The notes: generated from the sequence alone by a model not told the origin. Positions 1-9,371 are shown, counted from the stretch's first letter. The stretch is DNA of 64,000 bases from an uncultured virus (IMG/VR IMGVR_UViG_3300030108_000125) (IMGVR_UViG_3300030108_000125:1-64000), one strand, 5' to 3'. A program made the numbers and translations.

Positions 1-3000
1 CCTGTTCGTATTGCAATACCAGCAGATGATACACTGCTTGAACCAATAACAAGACCTGCACCAGAACCTGTAATGTCATCATAAGTAAAGTCACCACCAG
101 TTCCGATACCTGCGTCACCCGTTGACCTTATTCGCATACGCTCTGTTCCGCTAATATAGAAAGCGTGTTCACTGGCATCTAAGCGAAACTTTTTATAAGC
201 AGTCTCCACACGATCAAAGTTTGTAATTCTGTTTGTATCGGTTGTAACCTCTGGTTGGATTTCAATTCCAGAACCTGTGCTGCTATCAACGATGGACAGA
301 TCACCAATCGGATTTGTCGTCCCAATCCCCACGTTACCGTTGCTATCGATGCGCATGGCGTCTGTGCTTGAAGTATTGCCAGATGCAGTTGTTTTAAATT
401 GTATGCCTGTTGCACTTGAAGTTGAGGTAAAGTTTTCTTCTGCAATCGCACTTATCTGGGCAACAGTCTCCTCACTACCGTCTTCACCTGCAGTAAATAT
501 AATATTACCTATAGTATTTGTACTTGATACTGAAGTGTCTGTTCTTTCTAGGTTAATTGTCGGTGATCCTGCACCAGAATCAACTGCCAGATGTAATAAA
601 GAATTAGGCGAACTCGTCCCAATTCCAACACCGTCATCTGTAATAACCATCTTGGTATCACCAGAAGAATGTGGTGCATCTGTGGAACCAATGTTGTTCT
701 TGAAGTATATTTCACCTGTGCCTGATGTAGACCCAATATAAACATTGTTGCTATCAAAGCCTACCTTACCACGGTTTCCCGTTGATGGGCCAATGTCTAT
801 GTGTGGACTTGCAGCACCAAGATGAAGATCAGCATCAGGCGAATCCTCCCCAATCCCCACGTTGCCATTTTCATCAATCCTCATAGCCTCCGAAGAAGCA
901 TTGCCTGTCGATGTAATGAAGGCTAGTTCTTCTCGTCCACCTGTTGTGTTTAGGGCTACACCAACTATACCAGCAGGGGCTGTGCCTGATTGTGATCTGA
1001 AAGCAATTCCTGATGCAGTATTTGCCGCACCACGGTCTTGGAATATCTCAAACCTGTTCCATGTACTATCAGTTCCAGCCGCAAAGGTTGTATCTTCTGA
1101 GGGCAGTGTATGAAGTATTTCACCCGTTGATTTGATGCGCATACGTTCTTCAGAAGCACTTGTCCCTGAGTTAGTGTGGAATGTGAGAGCAGTAGCACCA
1201 GTGGAACCGCCATATGATCCTATCGTTGCTAACCCACTGTCTGTCTCATAGTAAAGCTGAAGTCCGTTTACAGCGCCTGTGGTATCAAATGCTGTTGTGC
1301 TGCCAGAAATACCGATTTGCCCATTGCTGTCGATGCGCATACGTTCCGTTGGAGTAAAAGTTGCGTCCTCACTACCACCAGCATTGCTAAACCATATATG
1401 CTGTGCGCCAGCATTATTCCCAAGCTGCTGATAAATAGCAACACCAACGCTGGCGGTTTCATATTTGAAATCTGAGCCATCGTGATAATAAGCATGCCCT
1501 AGTCTCGTTTCTGTGTTTGAAGCACCGTCCGAAACCAATGAACCAAGTGGAACAGACCCACCATCTCCAACAGATAGGCCGTTAACACCACTACTTGAAG
1601 AGTTGGGTACGCATGCAATCCCCACGTTGCCGCTGCTGTCGATGCGCATAGCTTCCGTGCCGCCAGATTGAAACGAAAGATACCCAGAGTTTGCGTTATT
1701 GAAAGACACTCCTCCAGCCGACCCCGTGCCGGAGATGACACCTAAATCCAGTGTCTGATTTGAGTTATTAGTAAATCGCCCAACAATCCCAGATGAAGAA
1801 TTAACGACTGTAAACTTTTCGGTTGCGTTGGTCATTCCAAGTGCAACATTTCCATTTCCATGAACATAAAATAGTGCATTGGACCCATCGTGATCGTTTA
1901 TCACTAATGCTCTATCAGTATTCGTTGTCCCTGCATGGATCAGTAACCCATAAGACTGGTCATTATCTATCTCTCTATTTTTAACTGTAAGTGCATAAAG
2001 ATTGGGAGCAACACCATCAGCTAAATCTATAGTAGTCACACCGTCAATATCCACAACATCTAGGTTTGTTGTACCGTCTACGTCTATATCACCAGAAATG
2101 TCTAGCTCTGTGCCAATTAGTTTTTGCGTTAATGTCACTACACCATCAGCAGCAATAGCTATAGCATCGGTGTCACCAGCAGAGCCAATATTGCCTGTAT
2201 TTGGTATGACAATATTGCCACCCGTAGTCATAAGGCCACCACCAGTGTATGTGCCAGACACATCTATATTGCCGTTAACGTCAAATACTGAAGAAGCGTT
2301 TATCTGCACGGTAGGAGCGGTTACGTCTAACGTAGTACCTGCATTTACTTCTAAATGACCATCTGCTGATGCAACTATATTTTCCCCGCCAGCAGCATCG
2401 TTGAATGATAATTTACTATCTGCGGCTAAAACAAGTTCGTCTGCAGACTCATCCCATAGTAAAAAATGGCTGGCAGATGCGCCAAAGAACTTAACATCAT
2501 AGCCTGTATCATCGACACCTACGGTTAGTGTGCCATCTAACTGCACGGCACCATCAATATCGACAGCATCTAGGTTAGTTGTACCGTCTACGTCTATATC
2601 GCCAGAGATGTCTAATGAAGCAAAAACAGAGGTGCCTGTGGCTGTGACTGTTCCACTAAAAGTAGCGTTGCCAGAACTATCTATTGTCAGTCTGGTGTTT
2701 GTACCGATTGCTGTGGTGCCGATTTTAAATTTATCACCATCACCATCATCAACACCCATCGTAAAAACTTGAGTGCCAGACAAAGCAAACGCAAGAAACG
2801 GATCACCGTCTGTAGCTGTATTGTTTATAAGCAAACCAGTAGTTGAACCAGCGCCGCCAAGAGTCAAGCTAGTATCAGCGGTGTGAGTAAGACTTATATC
2901 ACTATCAGCGCCAAAGTTTAAAACAGCGCCATCGGACTGCAAGGTTAGATCATCATCCACAAACAAGTCAGGCACAGCCAAGTCTTGCATCAAATCAAAC

Positions 3001-3398
3001 ACAGCAGCGCCAGACCCTTGACCATCTGTGGCTATGACTTTTACCTGACCTGCTAAGATAGCTACATTCGCGCCAGACCCCTGTGAAAAGGTCAAAGTTG
3101 CTGATGTAGTATTCTCAATAATCCAGACTTTAGATAACGTGTTAGGTGCAAGGGTTACAGTACAAGCTTGCCCGCCGCCTGTGCATTTTAAGTATAGAGA
3201 CCGAAACTCGTCAGCCACACCATCAGCCATTGTAATAGTATGAGTAGAGGCATTTGCTATGGCTTCGCCTGTCGAACTATAGCTGAACCCGTCAGTTATC
3301 AACTCAAGGTTTACATTTGTTTTCGTACCCCAAGTACCTGACTGTTCACCAGTTCCTATCTCTTCAAGACGTAGGTTGTTTTCAAACGTACTCGCCAT
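1..3398 (-). CDS. Tail fibre, N-terminal ~1130 aa (runs off left edge; continues at 60374 if circular)
   Basis: Absent from the ORF track because it has no stop. ATG at 3398 (MASTFENNLRLEEIGTGEQSGTWG...) is in frame with ...GIAIRTG at base 1. G/T/D/S-rich with repeated ERMRIDSxGNVGIG modules. Confidence 0.85.
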   Translation of the reverse strand, partial: MASTFENNLRLEEIGTGEQSGTWGTKTNVNLELITDGFSYSSTGEAIANASTHTITMADGVADEFRSLYLKCTGGGQACTVTLAPNTLSKVWIIENTTSATLTFSQGSGANVAILAGQVKVIATDGQGSGAAVFDLMQDLAVPDLFVDDDLTLQSDGAVLNFGADSDISLTHTADTSLTLGGAGSTTGLLINNTATDGDPFLAFALSGTQVFTMGVDDGDGDKFKIGTTAIGTNTRLTIDSSGNATFSGTVTATGTSVFASLDISGDIDVDGTTNLDAVDIDGAVQLDGTLTVGVDDTGYDVKFFGASASHFLLWDESADELVLAADSKLSFNDAAGGENIVASADGHLEVNAGTTLDVTAPTVQINASSVFDVNGNIDVSGTYTGGGLMTTGGNIVIPNTGNIGSAGDTDAIAIAADGVVTLTQKLIGTELDISGDIDVDGTTNLDVVDIDGVTTIDLADGVAPNLYALTVKNREIDNDQSYGLLIHAGTTNTDRALVINDHDGSNALFYVHGNGNVALGMTNATEKFTVVNSSSGIVGRFTNNSNQTLDLGVISGTGSAGGVSFNNANSGYLSFQSGGTEAMRIDSSGNVGIACVPNSSSSGVNGLSVGDGGSVPLGSLVSDGASNTETRLGHAYYHDGSDFKYETASVGVAIYQQLGNNAGAQHIWFSNAGGSEDATFTPTERMRIDSNGQIGISGSTTAFDTTGAVNGLQLYYETDSGLATIGSYGGSTGATALTFHTNSGTSASEERMRIKSTGEILHTLPSEDTTFAAGTDSTWNRFEIFQDRGAANTASGIAFRSQSGTAPAGIVGVALNTTGGREELAFITSTGNASSEAMRIDENGNVGIGEDSPDADLHLGAASPHIDIGPSTGNRGKVGFDSNNVYIGSTSGTGEIYFKNNIGSTDAPHSSGDTKMVITDDGVGIGTSSPNSLLHLAVDSGAGSPTINLERTDTSVSSTNTIGNIIFTAGEDGSEETVAQISAIAEENFTSTSSATGIQFKTTASGNTSSTDAMRIDSNGNVGIGTTNPIGDLSIVDSSTGSGIEIQPEVTTDTNRITNFDRVETAYKKFRLDASEHAFYISGTERMRIRSTGDAGIGTGGDFTYDDITGSGAGLVIGSSSVSSAGIAIRT

Positions 3399-3840
3399 TC
3401 TTCAATCCTTCTTGTCCTATGCGTATGATCGCATTTGAAACATCTGCTGTAGGAAACGTTATAGCAAAAGTGCTACTACTGGAAGATTTGTCAGACCCAA
3501 AGTCCAACACAGCTATTGCAGGGTTTGCGCCACCCGATTTATATATCAACGCACCTCTAGCTGTTATAGTAGAGCTTGTCCAAGATACATCGCCAAAATC
3601 TACAAACGCTGTGGCTCCTGAACTAGATGTGGTGGCTGTGATTGTCTTACCCCCTGCATCATACCCTGTGCCAGAAGCCTCGTTTGTTGTAGCATATGCA
3701 GTTGTAGTCTCATCAAGCGTAGCGTCAGATGTAAACAAAGCTATCTTAAACGTCTGTGACGTGTCAGAACTAAAATCCATCTCGCCTTCTAATAAAGCCA
3801 GCTTAAAGGATGTGCACATATAGTTGCCACTAAATGCCAT
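3382..3840 (-). CDS. Virion/tail-associated structural protein
   Basis: T/A/S-rich beta protein (FKIALFTS..GTGYDAGG..TITARGALIY), directly upstream of the fibre in the late operon. Confidence 0.7.
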   Translation of the reverse strand: MAFSGNYMCTSFKLALLEGEMDFSSDTSQTFKIALFTSDATLDETTTAYATTNEASGTGYDAGGKTITATTSSSGATAFVDFGDVSWTSSTITARGALIYKSGGANPAIAVLDFGSDKSSSSSTFAITFPTADVSNAIIRIGQEGLKNGEYV

Positions 3841-4481
3841 TATTGCCCCTTATCTACTGGTATTCTTTTCTGCCCGGATCGGTACGCATCTCTGCGTAGT
3901 TTACCGTCACCCATCTCCATAAGCAATGTTATTGCTTGTAAGTACAATTTTTCATAATTTGCAATTACATCAGGTTCGCCTTTTAAGAACCGTATAGCCT
4001 CTATCAAGGCACCGTTTAACAGTGCTGCGCTTGCATTATCGCCTAACCAAGATGTGCTGGCTGTAACAATAGACGCTGGATAATACCCATAAATATGTTC
4101 TAATTCATAGTTTTGATCTGGCGTTGGTCCTAATTGTATTTGTGTTTCACTATGTTGTGCATAGAATTTAGGTAGTCCATATTTTGCGCTTGTGTTAACA
4201 GGGAATGCTTCACGTATAAAATTAACATCCTTGTTTAACAAAAACGTATGTGTGCTACTGCTTATGACAGAGATGCTATACGTATATAAATAATCTGTAG
4301 GTAATGTGTATAACTTATTAGTTGCTGTAAGAGGCCCAGTATCTGTTTTACGTAAAGCAGGTATATCTACTGTTTGAAGTATTTTTTCTTCAGCCTGTTG
4401 TGTAAATAAAGCAAGTTGGTCATCCGTAAAAGATGTTTCACAGATGTCTTCAATGTTTGTTTTTAAAGAAGAATAGTTCAT
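3840..4481 (-). CDS. Head-tail adaptor / tail tubular A-like protein
   Basis: 213 aa, GPTPD motif, ALLNGALIEA helix; position between capsid and fibre genes. Confidence 0.6.
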   Translation of the reverse strand: MNYSSLKTNIEDICETSFTDDQLALFTQQAEEKILQTVDIPALRKTDTGPLTATNKLYTLPTDYLYTYSISVISSSTHTFLLNKDVNFIREAFPVNTSAKYGLPKFYAQHSETQIQLGPTPDQNYELEHIYGYYPASIVTASTSWLGDNASAALLNGALIEAIRFLKGEPDVIANYEKLYLQAITLLMEMGDGKLRRDAYRSGQKRIPVDKGQ

Positions 4482-4825
4482 GTGCTCACCGTAACATCGC
4501 CTATAAATCCAACAGCTACCAGATTATTAGGTGTTAAGCCAAATGGATTATTGAGGCCTACCGGATCGAAACCAAACTGTATGTTTCTACTTCCTTCCAA
4601 CTCTGCGCTATCTGGACGTGGATCACGTAATGCTTGTGGGTCGTTTATAGGAAACTCACCTAGCTTAAGCTGTGGGTGATCTGGACCCCAACATTCAGGA
4701 CAAGCTTTTATATTAGTATTTTTACCCTTCCTAATAATATTACGCAGCTTCCGCAACTTATAGGTAAACCCACATATGTCACAGATGCCTAACGCATTCT
4801 TATTTGAAGAGAACATATTAGCCAT
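4478..4825 (-). CDS. Small CxxC..CxxC (Zn-binding) late protein
   Basis: CDIC and CPEC motifs; translationally coupled to both neighbours. Confidence 0.7.
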   Translation of the reverse strand: MANMFSSNKNALGICDICGFTYKLRKLRNIIRKGKNTNIKACPECWGPDHPQLKLGEFPINDPQALRDPRPDSAELEGSRNIQFGFDPVGLNNPFGLTPNNLVAVGFIGDVTVST

Positions 4826-5511
4826 TACATATACCCCATCCGTGGCACAAAATGCACAGAGGCTTTTTCTCGGTCTTCACCAGCAGCTAAACTGTATTGC
4901 TCTTCATACGAAGCTTTTAACATTTCTATACGCGGAGCTAACTCTGGAATCTTCATAGCTATATGGTACGCCAAACCAGCAACAAGACAGGGTAGAAATC
5001 TAAACGGCATATCTGCTGTTTCTACACCTGCGCCAGCATCTTCAATGCGACGCATACGATAATACTTAAATACGTAGTCATTGTTGTTAGGTACAGGCCA
5101 CACGTTTATTCTAGGTTGAACGGCCCGGCGCTCTACCCACACTTGTATCGGACGACCCTGTGTTAACTTGTTAGGTATAGATGCGTATGTACTTACACTT
5201 ATTCTATTTATTGTTAGATCAGACTGAGTTGTGGTGTTACCTGAATTAGTACGTATAACTTGTTCTAATAAATCTATGGTGTCTGTTGGTAAATTGTATT
5301 GAGAAGTACCTTTTACTAAATTTACCGTGCCTTCATCAATCGTCCACATATTGATGCCACGGTTTTGCCACTCTATGGTCATCAAGTTCATAGACCTACG
5401 AGCAGTACGCAAATCATACCCTGACCGCATTTCACGACCTGCACGCTCGAATGCTTCTTCCGCAATCTCGGTGAAGTCCATGTCAAATGCTGTAGTGCCT
5501 GATGTAGCCAT
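4825..5511 (-). CDS. Putative head-tail connector protein
   Basis: 228 aa, VWPVP motif, LVAGLAY helix; paralog-like to 3840-4481; late-operon synteny. Confidence 0.55.
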   Translation of the reverse strand: MATSGTTAFDMDFTEIAEEAFERAGREMRSGYDLRTARRSMNLMTIEWQNRGINMWTIDEGTVNLVKGTSQYNLPTDTIDLLEQVIRTNSGNTTTQSDLTINRISVSTYASIPNKLTQGRPIQVWVERRAVQPRINVWPVPNNNDYVFKYYRMRRIEDAGAGVETADMPFRFLPCLVAGLAYHIAMKIPELAPRIEMLKASYEEQYSLAAGEDREKASVHFVPRMGYM

Positions 5512-5513
5512 AA

Positions 5514-5831
5514 TTACTTATCCTTAAAGTGTTTTATAACCTGTGCAACAAGCGTGGCTTTTGCTCTACGTTTATCAAGCTCTATACCCTCTGAACGCAT
5601 CATGGCCTCTAGTTCATTCTTATTCATAGCTTTAATTCTAGCAACGGTAGGAACTTTAACCTCTGGTTCTGGGGCCGCAGGTATCCCACCCATTGCTAAC
5701 AATCTTGCTTCAGCTTCACCTTTAGTCATAAGATCAAAGACTTCTATATCATATGTACCATCGGCGTTTTTTGTGCCTATCTGATACACTGGTTCACCCG
5801 TAGAGAACCTGCCATTTTGAAAAACTTCCAT
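5514..5831 (-). CDS. Hypothetical protein
   Basis: ORF with AGGTGA RBS, fills the late operon; short helical C-terminus. Confidence 0.7.
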   Translation of the reverse strand: MEVFQNGRFSTGEPVYQIGTKNADGTYDIEVFDLMTKGEAEARLLAMGGIPAAPEPEVKVPTVARIKAMNKNELEAMMRSEGIELDKRRAKATLVAQVIKHFKDK

Positions 5832-5838
5832 ATATCAC

Positions 5839-6171
5839 CTATGTATACAAAGTTGCCTTACGGCGATCTTCCATAACTGCCCCGCATCCACGAGCCACGT
5901 CACGCCTACGCCTAGCTAGACCACCGCTTCTCATATTTCTAACTTTTGCTTTTGGCGTATTTGCCACCACAGTTTTACCCTTTGCGCCAGCCTTTTTCTT
6001 TTTTCTAGCTGTTGAAGCTCTTTCGCTTTTAGATAAACTATTTGCTTTACTGCGAGGTAGACAGCGATCAGGATTCTTTTTGTCCTTGGATGTACCACAC
6101 TTACCTTTAATCTCGCCGTCAGTGCTGATACGAACCCAATCCTGTTTTAGCCAATCTTTAAGAGCGCCCAT
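5839..6171 (-). CDS. Small basic late protein
   Basis: K/R-rich, W..QDW..C..RCLP; C-terminal MRSGG and RGCGAV motifs. Confidence 0.75.
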   Translation of the reverse strand: MGALKDWLKQDWVRISTDGEIKGKCGTSKDKKNPDRCLPRSKANSLSKSERASTARKKKKAGAKGKTVVANTPKAKVRNMRSGGLARRRRDVARGCGAVMEDRRKATLYT

Positions 6172-6286
6172 TACGTTTCAACACCTTTTGTAAAGTCTTT
6201 GCTTGCCCAGCATGAGCCTTAGATGCTTTCTTTAATTTAGAAATCACCTTCTTCACTTTTTTCTTTTTAGCGCTTGGTAAAGCCAT
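6158..6286 (-). CDS. 42-aa Lys-rich peptide (MALPSAKKKKVKKVISKLKKASKAHAGQAK...)
   Basis: Hand-translated; fills the gap between coupled genes; below the ORF-track cutoff. Confidence 0.6.
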   Translation of the reverse strand: MALPSAKKKKVKKVISKLKKASKAHAGQAKTLQKVLKRNGRS

Positions 6287-6289
6287 GTT

Positions 6290-6454
6290 TTAACTTTTCT
6301 TTTTACCTTTTTTGCCACCGGGTGTTATCTTACCTTTGCACACTTGAGAAGCGTACATGTTGGCGTAAGCAGACGGATACGTATCAAATTTACGTTTTGC
6401 CGCTTCTTTACCCTTTGGGCATATTTTACCACCAGATTTATAATATCTTCGCAT
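6290..6454 (-). CDS. 54-aa basic peptide (MRRYYKSGGKICPKGKEAAKRKFDTYPSAYAN...)
   Basis: Hand-translated; GAGGT RBS; below the ORF-track cutoff. Confidence 0.7.
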   Translation of the reverse strand: MRRYYKSGGKICPKGKEAAKRKFDTYPSAYANMYASQVCKGKITPGGKKGKKKS

Positions 6455-6456
6455 AT

Positions 6457-6663
6457 CTACCTCATCTTACAAGCACGTGTGCCTTTACGTGCTATACCCA
6501 TGCCACGAACTTTCTTTCCTTCTTTAAACTTCTTCTTGGGTTTAGAATACATACCCTGACCCTGTAGCATTTTTATCTCCTCTAACAACACGTCATACAT
6601 GTCATCGTCAGGAGATAAACCTGCTAACTGGTCACGTAATTGAGCAATGCGGTTTTTGTTCAT
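6457..6663 (-). CDS. Small protein with basic C-terminal VRGMGIARKG motif
   Basis: ORF track; C-terminus paralogous to that of the upstream gene. Confidence 0.7.
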   Translation of the reverse strand: MNKNRIAQLRDQLAGLSPDDDMYDVLLEEIKMLQGQGMYSKPKKKFKEGKKVRGMGIARKGTRACKMR

Positions 6664-6667
6664 ACCA

Positions 6668-7168
6668 CTATCTCATTTTTGCTGGACGTACACCGCGTTG
6701 TGCAATGCCTGCGCCACGAACCTTGGCCTTACCACCTTTTGCGCCACCTTTAGTGCCGCCCTTGGTTACCATCTTACCGCCCTTCATCTTACGGATGGTG
6801 CCACCTTTAGCCATTTTCTTTATAGTACCACCCTTGGCTTTAAAGCCCATATTGTTACGCACTTTTTGAGGTAGCTTACCAAGACCTTTGTTGCCTTCGG
6901 GTACATCTTTTAGACCACCAGCCTTATAGCCTTTGACCTTCATGCCCTTTTTCATTTTCTTGATGGTGCCACCTTTAGCCATCTTACCCTTACCGTCAGC
7001 AGCAAATTCTGGAACCATTTTTCCATCTGGCCCTTTTACCATGGGCATCTTACCGCCAGCGGCATAACCCTTTACCTTCATGCCTTTTTTCATTTTTCTA
7101 ATAGGACCGCCCTTGGCTTTCATCTTTCCACCAGCTTTATAGCCTTTATTTTTCATCTTCTTCATCAT
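6668..7168 (-). CDS. K/G/M-rich low-complexity basic protein (xxKGG/xAGG repeats)
   Basis: Likely start MMKKMK after GGAG RBS; about 8 MAKGG/YKAGG-type repeats. Confidence 0.75.
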   Translation of the reverse strand: MMKKMKNKGYKAGGKMKAKGGPIRKMKKGMKVKGYAAGGKMPMVKGPDGKMVPEFAADGKGKMAKGGTIKKMKKGMKVKGYKAGGLKDVPEGNKGLGKLPQKVRNNMGFKAKGGTIKKMAKGGTIRKMKGGKMVTKGGTKGGAKGGKAKVRGAGIAQRGVRPAKMR

Positions 7169-7841
7169 CAGTCTCCGAATATAAGTTGTCAAAGATTTGG
7201 TTTACATCCAGCGTATAGTCTAAATCAGATTTACTGTAATGGATATGCTGGGACGGTTTGAAGTCAGGAGCACCTTCCCCAACCTCGAACCATGCAGGGT
7301 GAGTAACCCGCACACGGTTATTTGGCAACGCAACAATATTGCCTGTCCACGGACCTGCATCTAACAGTTCTAACACGTGCGACTGTTTGTGTTGCGCTGG
7401 ATCATCTGCAATTTCAGAGTCTGTGTAATCTACAGTGAAGTAATACTTAGCGGGGTAGAATTCTCCATCTATCTTTGCCATCCACGGACACGGTGTGGCT
7501 CTGTCTAATGTGTACACGCTATGGGTACGAGACGAACAGTCCCACGGCTGTGCTGCCCATACAGGCATGGGGTCAGGCCATTCTTCAAAGGCCGTATCAC
7601 CTGTAAGCGCAGTTATCGGCATCCTAGCCCACATAGCGCCACCGTGTATATTTGGTTCGTCTCCGTCATATGTTTCAGCACCTGTAAATATAACCTGAAA
7701 AGATAAACAGCGGTTTGGCATTGTTGTTACTGCTATCACCATAGCGTGTAAAAACTCTCCATGATACTGTTCGTGATTATGTGTGTATTCCTTTCTTACC
7801 CAGCATTTGAACTGAGGAACGTTGCTTGTTAGATACGCCAT
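7146..7841 (-). CDS. Phage hypothetical protein (GGAMWARMPI / WDC motifs)
   Basis: 231-aa globular ORF in the late operon. Confidence 0.8.
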   Translation of the reverse strand: MAYLTSNVPQFKCWVRKEYTHNHEQYHGEFLHAMVIAVTTMPNRCLSFQVIFTGAETYDGDEPNIHGGAMWARMPITALTGDTAFEEWPDPMPVWAAQPWDCSSRTHSVYTLDRATPCPWMAKIDGEFYPAKYYFTVDYTDSEIADDPAQHKQSHVLELLDAGPWTGNIVALPNNRVRVTHPAWFEVGEGAPDFKPSQHIHYSKSDLDYTLDVNQIFDNLYSETDDEEDEK

Positions 7842-7947
7842 TAAATTCTTTCTTACGTTTTTTCGCGGCCTCTTGTTTGCGTTTCTGAGAAACTTTAGAC
7901 GGAGGCGATTGTATTTGTTTGCCCATTTGAGCGCGAGAAATAGCCAT
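7777..7947 (-). CDS. Small basic peptide starting MAISRAQ
   Basis: ATG overlaps the upstream stop (TAATG at 7945-7949); overlaps the next gene by 65 nt. Confidence 0.5.
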   Translation of the reverse strand: MAISRAQMGKQIQSPPSKVSQKRKQEAAKKRKKEFNGVSNKQRSSVQMLGKKGIHT

Positions 7948-8255
7948 TAGCAGTTCCACTTCCGTAGGCTTTTGTTAATACGACTATTCGGATCGTTTGC
8001 TGTCTTAGCACTTGTAAGACGTTTCTTCATGCCCTTCATACGGGCGCAAAAGGATTTACGGCGTTTAGCGGCCTTAGACCCTTTTTTCAGTTTACTGGGT
8101 TTAGTTGTAACCGCAGTCTTTAGTTTGCTGCCGGGATTCTCACGGCGATAACTTTCAACACCTTTTTTATTGAGTCCACCGGACTCACTTTTTCCCTCCT
8201 TTCGTTGCCACGCGGGGGTTTTTACGCCCCCACCTTTTTTGTAATAACTACGCAT
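7947..8255 (-). CDS. Small basic protein, DUF6321-like
   Basis: PAWQRKEGK..GGLN..RRKSFCARM..SRINKSLRKWNC pattern. Confidence 0.7.
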   Translation of the reverse strand: MRSYYKKGGGVKTPAWQRKEGKSESGGLNKKGVESYRRENPGSKLKTAVTTKPSKLKKGSKAAKRRKSFCARMKGMKKRLTSAKTANDPNSRINKSLRKWNC

Positions 8256-8260
8256 ACGCG

Positions 8261-8665
8261 TTACCCAAATTTCTTCCGCATATACAAAATTATAGTGTAT
8301 GTATCTGCAGAACTATGCCCAACAGTAGTGAAGTTGATATCCCCTGTTACACCAGACCCAGCGTTGTTAATTAACCCACCGAATATGGTATAATCGTGGT
8401 TACCGCTTTGGTTTTCACCAAGTTCGATAGCCATGACATCAGTGCTTGCATCGAACAGTATTTGTACTTTCATACCAATACACTGCCACCAGATACGTTC
8501 TATAATAACACCTGTGCAAGTCTGGCCTCTCCAACTACTTTGAAGCGAACTAACATCAACCTTTGTTACAGCAGATTCTCCTGTGCCATCGGAGATATTA
8601 GTAAACTTCATAACAGCATGCGTAGGACCATCTAATATAGTCTGTGAAGCTACTGTATCAGCCAT
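8261..8665 (-). CDS. Putative virion protein
   Basis: AGGAGG RBS; beta-rich 134 aa downstream of the capsid. Confidence 0.7.
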   Translation of the reverse strand: MADTVASQTILDGPTHAVMKFTNISDGTGESAVTKVDVSSLQSSWRGQTCTGVIIERIWWQCIGMKVQILFDASTDVMAIELGENQSGNHDYTIFGGLINNAGSGVTGDINFTTVGHSSADTYTIILYMRKKFG

Positions 8666-8677
8666 GAAACCCTCCTG

Positions 8678-9226
8678 TTACGCTATTTGTACATATTCAA
8701 TTATAAACGTAAAGGAACCTGCGGTTGTAGCGTCTACTGTGTTAGTTATGTTGCAGAATATAGTTCTCGCTGTATCTGTATACTGAACAGAAGCTGGGGC
8801 GGTTGTTCCACTCTGCGTTTGTGTAACAAGAGTTGTTAGTGTTACATTATGTTCAACAACAGTTGTACCACCATCCAAAATTTCATCTGTTACAGCAGCA
8901 ACAATCTGTGCGCCAGAACTTGTTGTACCAACCTCATACCCAATGTCACCTGTCCCAATAACAGGAGATACATCACAAAAGATTTTAATATCTGTGATGA
9001 TCGTATTTGCTGGTTGTGTGAACTCACCAATAGTCGGGCTGTCACCTGCTGTAGTATTCACCGTTACACCTGTAGCAAAACCTACATGCTTTACGTATTT
9101 GTTGGTTACGATGCCCGTAGAAGCAGTGCTTGCGACTGTGGTTACAGCACCAGTGGAAGCATTTTTAGATATTACTTGAAATCCGTTTTCCGAACGGACG
9201 GGACCATTAAAAGTCGTATTAGCCAT
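8678..9226 (-). CDS. Putative capsid-associated/decoration protein
   Basis: MANTTFNGPVRSENGF start with AGGAG RBS; T-rich; first gene after the capsid. Confidence 0.7.
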   Translation of the reverse strand: MANTTFNGPVRSENGFQVISKNASTGAVTTVASTASTGIVTNKYVKHVGFATGVTVNTTAGDSPTIGEFTQPANTIITDIKIFCDVSPVIGTGDIGYEVGTTSSGAQIVAAVTDEILDGGTTVVEHNVTLTTLVTQTQSGTTAPASVQYTDTARTIFCNITNTVDATTAGSFTFIIEYVQIA

Positions 9227-9232
9227 GTGCAT

Positions 9233-9277
9233 CTCCTGTCTTGGCTAGTGTCAGACACACTATGTGCCTGTCAGGGA
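9233..9277 (-). ncRNA. Structured cis-RNA downstream of major capsid (Mu-gpT-DE-like candidate)
   Basis: CCCT-GAC-AG[GCACA TAG TGTGT]CT-GAC-ACTAGCCAA-GAC-AGGAG: 8-bp hairpin plus a closing stem overlapping the RBS; location matches that described for the Mu-gpT-DE motif. Confidence 0.4.
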
Positions 9278-9299
9278 TAAACGCATTATACATACATCA

Positions 9300-9332
9300 A
9301 AACAAAAAGAAAGGGGCAACCGAAGTTGCCCC
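9300..9332 (-). terminator. Rho-independent terminator after major capsid
   Basis: GGGGCAAC-TTCG-GTTGCCCC followed by TTTCTTTTTG. Confidence 0.85.
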
Positions 9333-9371
9333 AGTTCAGGCATACAGGCAAAGCCTGTCGAGCAGTAGTGT

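Noticed and set aside
1..147. Near-identical fibre repeat as a DGR template/variable pair
   Set aside because: No reverse transcriptase; mismatches are not adenine-specific; explained by circularity or fibre mosaicism
179..2772. Small ORFs listed in the track over 179-2772
   Set aside because: Shadows of the long minus-strand fibre ORF that the track missed because it has no stop in the window
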